Part shown: positions 43,401 through 55,900 of the stretch, piece after piece
Layout: every line of letters starts with the position of its first letter
Position numbering within the stretch: the first letter of the stretch is position 1
Assembly: GCA_964016885.1 (NCBI GenBank)
Contig: OZ024742.1
Span: forward strand, 342,488,001 to 342,552,000
Direction: 5' to 3'
DNA length: 64,000 bases
From: Eledone cirrhosa
Lineage: Eukaryota
Translations under genes and position numbers: made by a program
The notes under the pieces: model-generated
The model's database searches: none
The model's input: the letters and a program-made list of their open reading frames with translations, nothing else
What the model was told of the DNA's origin: nothing

Positions 43401-46400
43401 ATGTGATCTTCAGTGGTATGAAGTATGTGATCTCCATTGGTATGAAGAATGTGATCTCCAGTGGTATGAAGTATGTGATCTACAGTGGTATGAAGTATGT
43501 GATCTACAGTGGTATGAAGTATGTAATCTACAGTGGTATGAAGTATGTGATCTCCAGTGGTATGAAGTATGTGATCTACAGTGGTATGAAGTATGTGATA
43601 TCCTGTGGTATGAAGTATGTGATCTCCAGTGGTATGAAGTATGTGATCTCCTGTGGTATGAATAATGTGATCTACAGTGGTATGAAGTATGTGATCTCCA
43701 GTGCTATGAAGTATGTGATATCCTGTGGTATGAAGTATATGATCTCCATTGGTATTAGGTATGTGATCTCCAGTGGTATGAAGTATGTGATCTCCAGTGG
43801 TATGAAGTATGTGATCTCCAGTGGTATGAAGTATGTGATCTACAGTGGTATGAAGTATGTGATCTACAGTGGTATGAAGTATGTGATCTCCAGTGGTATG
43901 AAGTATGAGATCTCCAGTGGTATGAAGTATGTGATCTCCTGTGGTATGAAGTATGTGATCTCCTGTGGTATGAAGTATGTGATCTACAGTGGTATGAAGT
44001 ATGTGATCTCCAGTGGTATAAATATGTGATCTACAGTGGTATGAAGTATGTGATATCCTGTGGTATGAAGTATGTGATCTCCAGTGGTATGAAGTATGTG
44101 ATCTCCTGTGGTATGAAGAATGTGATCTACAGTGGTATGAAGTATGTGATCTCCAGTGCTATGAAGTATGTGATCTACAGTGGTATGAAGTATGTCAGCT
44201 CCAGTGGTATGAAGTATGTGATCTCCAGTGGTATGAAGTATGTGATCTACAGTGGTATGAAGTATGTGATCTCCAGTAGTATGAAGTATGTGATCTACAG
44301 TGGTATGAAGTATGTGATCTACAGTGGTATGAAGTATGTGATATCCTGTGGTATGAAGTATGTGATATCCTGTGGTATGAAGTATGTGATCTACAGAGGT
44401 ATGAAGTATGTGATCGCCTGTGATATGAAGTATGTGATCTACAGTGGTATGAAGTATGTGATCTACAGTGGTATGAAGTATGTGATCTCCAGGGGTATGA
44501 AGTATGTGATCTACAGTGGTATGAAATATGTGATCTCCAGTGGAATGAAGTATGTCAGCTCCAGTGGTATGAAGTATGTGATCTACAGTGGTATGAAGTA
44601 TGTGATCTACAGTGGTATGATGTATGTGATATCCAGTGGTATGAAGTATGTGATCTCCATTGGTATGAAGTGTGTGATCTGCAGTGATATGAAGTATGTG
44701 ATCTACAGTGGTATGAAGTATGTATTCTTCAGTGGTATGAAGTATGTCATCTCCAGTGGTATGAAGTATGTGATCTACAGTGGTATGAAGTATGTGATCT
44801 ACAGTGGTATGAAGTATGTGATCTACAGTGGTATGATGTATGTGATCTCCAGTGGTATGAAGTATGTGATCTCCATTGGTATGAAGTATGTGATCTCCAT
44901 TGGTATGAAGTATGTGATCTCCAGTGGTATGAAGTATGTGATCTACAGTGGTATGAAGTATGTGATCTACAGTGGTATGATGTATGTGATCTCCAGTGGT
45001 ATGAAGTATGTGATCTCCATTGGTATGAAGTATGTGATCTCCAGTGGTATGAAGTATGTGATCTACAGTGGTATGAAGTATGTGATCTCCAGTGGTATGA
45101 TGTATGTGATCTACAGTGGTATGAAGTATGTGATCTACAGTGGTATGGAGTATGTGATCTCCAGTGGTATGAAAGTATGTGATCTCCAGTGGTATGAAGT
45201 ATGTGATCTACAGTGGTATGAAGTATGTGATCTACAGTGATATGAAGTATGTGATCTACAGTGGTATGAATTATGTGATATCCTGTGGTATGAAGTATGA
45301 GATCTCCATTGGTATGAAGTATGTGATCTCCAGTGGTATGAAGTATGTGATCTCCAGTGGTATGAAGTATGTGATCTCCAGTGGTATGAAGTATGTGATC
45401 TACAGTGGTATGAAGTATGTGATCTACAGTGGTATGAAGTATGTGATATCCTGTGGTATGAAGTATGTGATCTCCATTGGTATGAAGTATGTGATCTCCA
45501 GTGGTATGAAGTATGTGATCTCCAGTGGTATGAAGTATGTGATCTCCAGTGGTATGAAGTATGTGATCTACAGTGGTATGAAGTATGTGATCTACAGTGG
45601 TATGAAGTATGTGATCTACAGTGGTATGAAGTATGTGATCTACATTGGTATGAAGTATGTGATCTCCAGTGGTATGAAGTATGTGATCTACAGTGGTATG
45701 AAGTATTGATCTCCAGTGGTATGAAGTATGTGATCTACAGTGGTATGAAGTATGTGATCTACAGTGGTATGAAGTATGTGATATCCTGTGGTATGAAGTA
45801 TGTGATCTACAGTGGTATGAAGTATGTGATCTACAGTGGTATGAAGTATGTGATCTCCTGTGGTATGAAGTATGTGATCTACAGTGATATGAGGTATGTG
45901 AGCTACAGTGGTATGAAGTATGTGATCTCCCGTGATGTGAAGTATGTGATCTACAGTGGTATGAAGTATGTGATCTACAGTGGTATGAAGTATGTGATCT
46001 CCAGTGGTATGAAGTATGTGATCTACAGTGGTATGAAGTATGTGATCTACAGTGGTATGATGTATGTGATCTCCAGTGGTATGAAGTATGTGATCTCCAT
46101 TGGTATGAAGTATGTGATCTCCAGTGGTATGAAGTATGTGATCTACAGTGGTATGAAGTATGTGATCTCCAGTGATATGAAGTATGTGATCTACAGTGGT
46201 ATGAAGTATGTGATCTACAGTGGTATGAAGTATGTGATCTCCAGTGGTATGAAGTATGTGATCTACAGTGGTATGAAGTATATGATCTCCATTGGTATTA
46301 AGTATGTGATCTCCAGTGGTATGAAGTATGTGATCTACAGTGGTATGAAGTATGTGATCTCCAGTGGTATGAAGTATGTGATCTACAGTGGTATGAAGTA

Positions 46401-46959
46401 TGTGATCTACAGTGGTATGAAGTATGTGATATCCTGTGGTATGAAGTATGTGATCTACAGTGGTATGAAGTATGTGATCTACAGTGGTATGAAGTATGTG
46501 ATCTCCTGTGGTATGAAGTATGTGATCTCCAGTGGTATGAAGTATGTGATCTACAGTGATATGAGGTATGTGATCTACAGTGGTATGAAGTATGTGATCT
46601 CCTGTGATATGAAGTATGTGATCTACAGTGGTATGAAGTATGTGATCTACAGTGGTATGAAGTATGTGATCTCCAGTGGTATGAAGTATGTGATCTACAG
46701 TGGTATGAAGTATGTGATCTACAGTGGTATGATGTATGTGATCTCCAGTGGTATGAAGTATGTGATCTCCATTGGTATGAAGTATGTGATCTCCAGTGGT
46801 ATGAAGTATGTGATCTACAGTGGTATGAAGTATGTGATCTCCAGTGGTATGAAGTATGTGATCTACAGTGGTATGAAGTATGTTATCTACAGTGGTGTGA
46901 AGTATGTGATCTACAGTGGTATGAAGTATGTGATCTACAGTGGTATGAAGTATGTGATC
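34498..46959 (+). repeat. 12,462-bp tandem segmental duplication, copy 1
   Basis: Rare markers recur at an offset of exactly 12,462: AAATAGGTG (~36431/48893), TCTAAAGT (~37161/49623), ATGGTG (~37845/50307), GTATTCTTC (~44722/57184) and GTGAGCTAC (~45898/58360). ORF-track starts shift by the same amount (35525/47987, 39294/51756, 45706/58168). Identity begins after the mismatch at 34497/46959. Confidence 0.95.
40400..42770 (+). repeat. ~0.9-kb duplication at 1,467-bp offset; a third copy lies at ~37130-37930, and all three recur 12,462 bp downstream
   Basis: The marker series ATAAAG, AGGGGT, GTGAACTCCAGTGCTATGAAGCAT, GGCATG and twice ATGGAG...ATGAAAG is shared (the first ATGGAG partner at ~37845 reads ATGGTG). 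Minus-strand ORF ends at 37252, 40637 and 42104 mark the same site. Confidence 0.85.
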
Positions 46960-49900
46960 TCCAGTGGTATGAAGTATGTGATCTCCATTGGTATGAAGTA
47001 TGTGATCTGCAGTGATATGAAGTATGTGATCTACAGTGGTATGAAGTATGTGATCTTCAGTGGTATGAAGTATGTGATCTCCAGTGGTATGAAGTATGTG
47101 ATCTACAGTGGTATGAAGTATGTGATCTACAGTGGTATGAAGTATGTGATCTCCAGTGGTATGAAGTATGTGATCTCCAGTGGTATGAAGTATGTGATCT
47201 ACAGTGGTATGAAGTATGTGATCTACAGTGGTATGAAGTATGTGATCTCCAGTGGTATGAAGTATGTGATCTACAGTGGTATGAAGTATGTGATCTACAG
47301 TGGTATGAAGTATGTGATCTCCAGTGGTATGATGTATGTGATCTCCAGTGGTATGAAGTATGTGATCTACAGTGGTATGAAGTATGTGATATCCTGTGGT
47401 ATGAAGTATGTGATCTACAGTGGTATGAAGTATGTGATATCCTGTGGTATGAAGTATGTGATCTCCATTGTTATGAAGTATGTGATCTCCAGTGGTATGA
47501 AGTATGTGATCTCCAGTGGTATGAAGTATGTGATCTACAGTGGTATGAAGTATGTGATCTACAGTGGTATGAAGTATGTGATATCCTGTGGTATGAAGTA
47601 TGTGATCTCCATTGGTATGAAGTATGTGATCTCCAGTGGTATGAAGTATGTGATCTACAGTGGTATGAAGTATGTGATCTACAGTGGTATGAAGTATGTG
47701 ATCTACAGTGGTATGAAGTATGTGATCTACAGTGGTATGATGTATGTGATCTCCAGTGGTATGAAGTATGTGATCTCCATTGGTATGAAGTATGTGATCT
47801 CCAGTGGTATGAAGTATGTGATCTACAGTGGTATGAAGTATGTGATCTCCAGTGGTATGAAGTATGTGATCTCCAGTGGTATGAAGTATGTGATCTACAG
47901 TGGTATGAAGTATGTGATCTACAGTGGTATGAAGTATGTGATCTACAGTGGTATGAAGTATGTGATCTCCAGTGCTATGAAAGTATGTGATCTACAGTGG
48001 TATGAAGTATGTGATCTACAGTGGTATGAAGTATGTGATCTACAGTGATATGAAGTATGTGATCTACAGTGGTATGAATTATGTGATATCCTGTGGTATG
48101 ATGTATGTGATCTACAGTGGTATGAAGTATGTGATCTACAGTGGTATGAAGTATGTGATATCCTGTGGTATGAAGTATGTGATCTCCATTGGTATGAAGT
48201 ATGTGATCTCCAGTGGTATGAAGTATGTGATCTCCAGTGGTATGAAGTATGTGATCTCCAGTGGTATGAAGTATGTGATCTACAGTGGTATGAAGTATGT
48301 GATTTACAGTGGTATGAAGTATGTGATCTACAGTGGTATGATGTATGTGATATCCTGTGGTATGAAGTATATGATCTCCATTGGTATAAAGTATGTGATC
48401 TCCAGTGGTATGAAGTATGTGATCTCCAGTGGTATGAAGTATGTGATCTCCAGTGGTATGAAGTATGTGATCTACAGTGGTATGATGTATGTGATCTACA
48501 GTGGTATGAAGTATGTGATATCCTGTGGTATGAAGTATGTGATCTACAGTGGTATGATATATGTGATCTACAGTGGTATGAAGTATGTGATCTCCTGTGG
48601 TATGAAGTATGTGATCTCCAGTGGTATGAAGTATGTGATCTACAGTGATATGAGGTATGTGATCTACAGTGGTATGAAGTATGTGATCTCCTGTGATATG
48701 AAGTATGTGATCTACAGTGGTATGAAGTATGTGATCTACAGTGGTATGAAGTATGTGATCTCCAGTGGTATGAAGTATGTGATCTACAGTGGTATGACGT
48801 ATGTGATCTACAGTGGTATGATGTATGTGATCTCCAGTGGTATGAAATATGTGATCTCCATTGGTATGAAGTATGTGATCTCCAGTGGTATGAAATAGGT
48901 GATCTACAGTGGTATGAAGTATGTGATCTCCAGTGGTATGAAGTATGTGATCTACAGTGGTATGAAGTATGTGATCTACAGTGGTATGAAGTATGTGATC
49001 TACAGTGGTATGAAGTATGTGATCTACAGTGGTATGAAGTATGTGATCTCCAGTGGTATGAAGTATGTTATCTCCAGTGGTATGAAGTATGTGATCTCCT
49101 GTGGTATGAAGTATGTGATCTACAGTGGTATGAAGTATGTGATCTCCAGTGGTATGAAGTATGTGATCTACAGTGGTATGAAGTATGTGATATCCTGTGG
49201 TATGAAGTATGTGATCTCCAGTGGTATGAAGTATGTGATCTCCTGTGGTATGAAGAATGTGATCTACAGTGGTATGAAGTATGTGATGTCCAGTGCTATG
49301 AAGTATGTGATCTACAGTGGTATGAAGTATGTCAGCTCCAGTGGTATGAAGTATGTGATCTCCAGTGGTATGAAGTATGTGATCTACAGTGGTATGAAGT
49401 ATGTGATCTCCAGTGGTATGAAGTATGTGATCTACAGTGGTATGAAGTATGTGATCTACAGTGGTATGAAGTATGTGATATCCTGTGGTATGAAGTGTGT
49501 GATATCCTGTGGTATGAAGTATGTGATCTACAGTGGTATGAAGTATGTGATATCCTGTGGTATGAAGTATGTGATATCCTGTGGTATGAAGTATGTGATC
49601 TACAGTGGTATAAAGTATGTGATCTAAAGTGGTATGAAGTATGTGATCTCCAGGGGTATGAAGTATGTGATCTACAGTGGTATGAAGTATGTGAACTCCA
49701 GTGCTATGAAGCATGTCAGCTCCAGTGGTATGAAGTATGTGATCTACAGTGGTATGAAGTATGTGATCTACAGTGGTATGATGTATGTGATATCCAGTGG
49801 TATGAAGTATGTGATCTCCATTGGTATGAAGTATGTGATCTGCAGTGATATGAAGTATGTGATCTACAGTGGTATGAAGTATGTGATCTTCAGTGGTATG

Positions 49901-52900
49901 AAGTATGTGATCTCCAGTGGTATGAAGTATGTGATCTACAGTGGTATGAAGTATGTGATCTACAGTGGTATGAAGTATGTGATCTACAGTGGTATGAAGT
50001 ATGTGATCTCCAGTGGTATGAAGTATGTGATCTCCAGTGGCATGAAGTATGTGATCTACAGTGGTATGAAGTATGTGATCTACAGTGGTATGAAGTATGT
50101 GATCTCCAGTGGTATGAAGTATGTGATCTACAGTGGTATGAAGTATGTGATCTACAGTGGTATGGAGTATGTGATCTCCAGTGGTATGAAAGTATGTGAT
50201 CTCCAGTGGTATGAAGTATGTGATCTACAGTGGTATGAAGTATGTGATCTCCAGTGGTATGAAGTATGTGATCTACAGTGGTATGAAGTATGTGATCTAC
50301 AGTGGTATGGTGTATGTGATCTCCAGTGGTATGAAAGTATGTGATCTCCAGTGGTATGAAGTATGTGATCTACAGTGGTATGAAGTATGTGATCTACAGT
50401 GATATGCAGTATGTGATCTACAGTGGTATGAATTATGTGATATCCTGTGGTATGAAGTATGTGATCGCCAGTGGTATGAAGTATGTGATCTCCAGTGGTA
50501 TGAAGTATGTGATCTCAAGTGGTATGAAGTATGTGATCTACAGTGGTATGAAGTATGTGATCTACAGTGGTATGAAGTATGTGATATCCTGTGGTATGAA
50601 GTATGTGATCTCCAGTGGTATGAAGTATGTGATCTACAGTGGTATGAAGTATGTGATCTACAGTGGTATGAAGTATGTGATCTCCAGTGGTATGAAGTAT
50701 GTGATCTCCAGTGGTATGAAGTATGTGATCTACAGTGGTATGAAGTATGTGATATCCTGTGGTATGAAGTATGTGATCTCCATTGGTATGAAGTATGTGA
50801 TCTCCAGTGGTATGAAGTATGTGATCTCCAGTGGTATGAAGTATGTGATCTCCAGTGGTATGAAGTATGTGATCTACAGTGGTATGAAGTATGTGATCTA
50901 CAGTGGTATGAAGTATGTGATCTACAGTGGTATAAAGTATGTGATCTACAGTGGTATGAAGTATGTGATATCCTGTGGTATGAAGTATATGATCTCCATT
51001 GGTATGAAGTATGTGATCTCCAGTGGTATGAAGTATGTGATCTCCAGTGGTATGAAGTATGTGATCTCCAGTGGTATGAAGTATGTGATCTACAGTGGTA
51101 TGAAGTATGTGATCTACAGTGGTATGAAGTATGTGATATCCTGTGGTATTAAGTATGTGATATACAGTGGTATGATGTATGTGATCTACAGTGGTATGAA
51201 GTATGTGATCTCCTGTGGTATGAAGTATGTGATCTCCAGTGGTATGAAGTATGTGATCTACAGTGATATGAGGTATGTGATCTACAGTGGTATGAAGTAT
51301 GTGATCTCCTGTGATATGAAGTATGTGATCTACAGTGGTATGAAGTATGTGATCTACAGTGGTATGAAGTATGTGATCTCCAGTGGTATAAAGTATGTGA
51401 TCTACAGTGGTATGAAGTATGTGATCTACAGTGGTATGAAGTATGTGATCTCCAGTGGTATGAAGTATGTGATCTCCAGTGGTATGAAGTATGTGATCTC
51501 CTGTGGTATGAAGTATGTGATCTACAGTGGTATGAAGTATGTGATCTCCAGTGGTATGAAGTATGTGATCTACAGTGGTATGAAGTATGTGATCTACAGT
51601 GGTATGAAGTATGTGATCTCCAGTGGTATGAAGTATGAGATCTCCAGTGGTATGAAGTATGTGATCTCCTGTGGTATGAAGTATGTGATCTCCTGTGGTA
51701 TGAAGTATGTGATCTACAGTGGTATGAAGTATGTGATCTCCAGTGGTATAAATATGTGATCTACAGTGGTATGAAGTATGTGATATCCTGTGGTATGAAG
51801 TATGTGATCTCCAGTGGTATGAAGTATGTGATCTCATGTGGTGTGAAGAATGTGATCTACAGTGGTATGAAGTATGTGATCTCCAGTGCTATGAAGTATG
51901 TGATCTACAGTGGTATGAAGTATGTCAGCTCCAGTGGTATGAAGTATGTGATCTCCAGTGGTATGAAGTATGTGATCTACAGTGGTATGAAGTATGTGAT
52001 CTCCAGTAGTATGAAGTATGTGATCTACAGTGGTATGAAGTATGTGATCTACAGTGGTATGAAGTATGTGATATCCTGTGGTATGAAGTATGTGATATCC
52101 TGTGGTATGAAGTATGTGATCTACAGTGGTATGAAGTATGTGATCGCCTGTGATATGAAGTATGTGATCTACAGTGGTATGAAGTATGTGATCTACAGTG
52201 GTATGAAGTATGTGATCTCCAGGGGTATGAAGTATGTGATCTACAGTGGTATGAAGTATGTGATCTCCAGTGGTATGAAGTATGTCAGCTCCAGTGGTAT
52301 GAAGTATGTGGTCTACAGTGGTATGAAGTATGTGATCTACAGTGGTATGATGTATGTGATATCCAGTGGTATGAAGTATGTGATCTCCATTGGTATGAAG
52401 TATGTGATCTGCAGTGATATGAAGTATGTGATCTACAGTGGTATGAAGTATGTGATCTTCAGTGGTATGAAGTATGTGATCTCCAGTGGTATGAAGTATG
52501 TGATCTACAGTGGTATGAAGTATGTGATCTACAGTGGTATGAAGTATGTGATCTACAGTGGTATGATGTATGTGATCTCCAGTGGTATGAAGTATGTGAT
52601 CTCCATTGGTATGAAGTATGTGATCTCCATTGGTATGAAGTATGTGATCTCCAGTGGTATGAAGTATGTGATCTACAGTGGTATGAAGTATGTGATCTAC
52701 AGTGGTATGATGTATGTGATCTCCAGTGGTATGAAGTATGTGATCTCCATTGGTATGAAGTATGTGATCTCCAGTGGTATGAAGTATGTGATCTACAGTG
52801 GTATGAAGTATGTGATCTCCAGTGGTATGAAGTATGTGATCTACAGTGGTATGAAGTATGTGATCTACAGTGGTATGAAGTATGTGATCTACAGTGGTAT

Positions 52901-55900
52901 GAAGTATGTGATCTACAGTGGTATGAAGTATGTGATCTACAGTGGTATGAAGTATGTGATCTCCTGTGATATGAAGTATGTGATCTACAGTGGTATAAAG
53001 TATGTGATCTACAGTGGTATGAAGTATGTGATCTCCAGGGGTATGAAGTATGTGATCTACAGTGGTATGAAGTATGTGAACTCCAGTGCTATGAAGCATG
53101 TCAGCTCCAGTGGTATGAAGTATGTGATCTACAGTGGTATGAAGTATGTGATCTACAGTGGTATGATGTATGTGATATCCAGTGGTATGAAGTATGTGAT
53201 CTCCATTGGTATGAAGTATGTGATCTGCAGTGATATGAAGTATGTGATCTACAGTGGTATGAAGTATGTGATATTCAGTGGTATGAAGTATGTGATCTCC
53301 AGTGGTATGAAGTATGTGATCTACAGTGGTATGAAGTATGTGATCTACAGTGGTATGAAGTATGTGATCTACAGTGGTATGAAGTATGTGATCTCCAGTG
53401 GTATGAAGTATGTGATCTCCAGTGGCATGAAGTATGTGATCTACAGTGGTATGAAGTATGTGATCTACAGTGGTATGAAGTATGTGATCTCCAGTGGTAT
53501 GAAGTATGTGATCTACAGTGGTATGAAATATGTGATCTACAGTGGTATGGAGTATGTGATCTCCAGTGGTATGAAAGTATGTGATCTCCAGTGGTATGAA
53601 GTATGTGATCTACAGTGGTATGAAGTATGTGATCTCCAGTGGTATGAAGTATGTGATCTACAGTGGTATGAAGTATGTGATCTACAGTGGTATGGAGTCT
53701 GTGATCTCCAGTGGTATGAAAGTATGTGATCTCCAGTGGTATGAAGTATGTGATCTACAGTGGTATGATGTATGTGATCTCCAGTGGTATGAAGTATGTG
53801 ATCTCCATTGGTATGAAGTATGTGATCTCCATTGGTATGAAGTATGTGATCTCCAGTGGTATGAAGTATGTGATCTACAGTGGTATGAAGTATGTGATCT
53901 ACAGTGGTATGATGTATGTGATCTCCAGTGGTATGAAGTATGTGATCTCCATTGGTATGAAGTATGTGATCTCCATTGGTATGAAGTATGTGATCTCCAG
54001 TGGTATGAAGTATGTGATCTCCAGTGGTATGAAGTATGTGATCTACAGTGGTATGAAGTATGTGATCTACAGTGGTATGGAGTATGTGATCTCCAGTGGT
54101 ATGAAAGTATGTGATCTCCAGTGGTATGATGTATGTGATCTACAGTGGTATGAAGTATGTGATCTACAGTGATATGAAGTATGTGATCTACAGTGGTATG
54201 AATTATGTGATATCCTGTGGTATGAAGTATGTGATCTCCATTGGTATGAAGCATGTGATCTCCAATGGTATGAAGTATGTGATCTCCAGTGGTATGAAGT
54301 ATGTGATCTCCAGTGGTATGAAGTATGTGATCTACAGTGGTATGAAGTATGTGATCTACAGTGGTATGAAGTATGTGATCTACAGTGGTATGAAGTATGT
54401 GATCTACAGTGGTATGAAGTATGTGATCTCCTGTGATATGAAGTATGTGATCTACAGTGGTATAAAGTATGTGATCTACAGTGGTATGAAGTATGTGATC
54501 TCCAGGGGTATGAAGTATGTGATCTACAGTGGTATGAAGTATGTGAACTCCAGTGCTATGAAGCATGTCAGCTCCAGTGGTATGAAGTATGTGATCTACA
54601 GTGGTATGAAGTATGTGATCTACAGTGGTATGATGTATGTGATATCCAGTGGTATGAAGTATGTGATCTCCATTGGTATGAAGTATGTGATCTGCAGTGA
54701 TATGAAGTATGTGATCTACAGTGGTATGAAGTATGTGATCTTCATTGGTATGAAGTATGTGATCTCCAGTGGTATGAAGTATGTGATCTACAGTGGTATG
54801 AAGTATGTGATCTACAGTGGTATGAAGTATGTGATCTACAGTGGTATGAAGTATGTGATCTCCAGTGGTATGAAGTATGTGATCTCCAGTGGCATGAAGT
54901 ATGTGATCTACAGTGGTATGAAGTATGTGATCTACAGTGGTATGAAGTATGTGATCTCCAGTGGTATGAAGTATGTGATCTACAGTGGTATGAAGTATGT
55001 GATCTACAGTTGTATGGAGTATGTGATCTCCAGTGGTATGAAAGTATGTGATCTCCAGTGGTATGAAGTATGTGATCTACAGTGGTATGAAGTATGTGAT
55101 CTCCAGTGGTATGAAGTATGTGATCTACAGTGGTATGAAGTATGTGATCTACAGTGGTATGGAGTATGTGATCTCCAGTGGTATGAAAGTATGTGATCTC
55201 CAGTGGTATGAAGTATGTGATCTACAGTGGTATGAAGTATGTGATCTACAGTGATATGCAGTATGTGATCTACAGTGGTATGAAGTATGTGATCTACAGT
55301 GGTATGAATTATGTGATATCCTGTGGTATGATGTATGTGATCTACAGTGGTATGAAGTATGTGATCTACAGTGGTATGAAGTATGTGATATCCTGTGGTA
55401 TGAAGTATGTGATCTCCATTGGTATGAAGTATGTGATCTCCAGTGGTATGAAGTATGTGATCTCCAGTGGTATGAAGTATGTGATCTCCAGTGGTATGAA
55501 GTATGTGATCTACAGTGGTATGAAGTATGTGATCTACAGTGGTATGAAGTATGTGATATCCTGTGGTATGAAGTATGTGATCTACATTGGTATGATATAT
55601 GTGATCTACAGTGGTATGAAGTATGTGATCTCCTGTGGTATGAAGTATGTGATCTCCCGTGGTATGAAGTATGTGATCTACAGTGATATGAGGTATGTGA
55701 TCTACAGTGGTATGAAGTATGTGATCTCCTGTGATATGAAGTATGTGATCTACAGTGGTATGAAGTATGTGATCTACAGTGGTATGAAGTATGTGATCTC
55801 CAGTGGTATGAAGTATGTGATCTACAGTGGTATGAAGTATGTGATCTACAGTGGTATGATGTATGTGATCTTCAGTGGTATGAAGTATGTGATCTCCATT

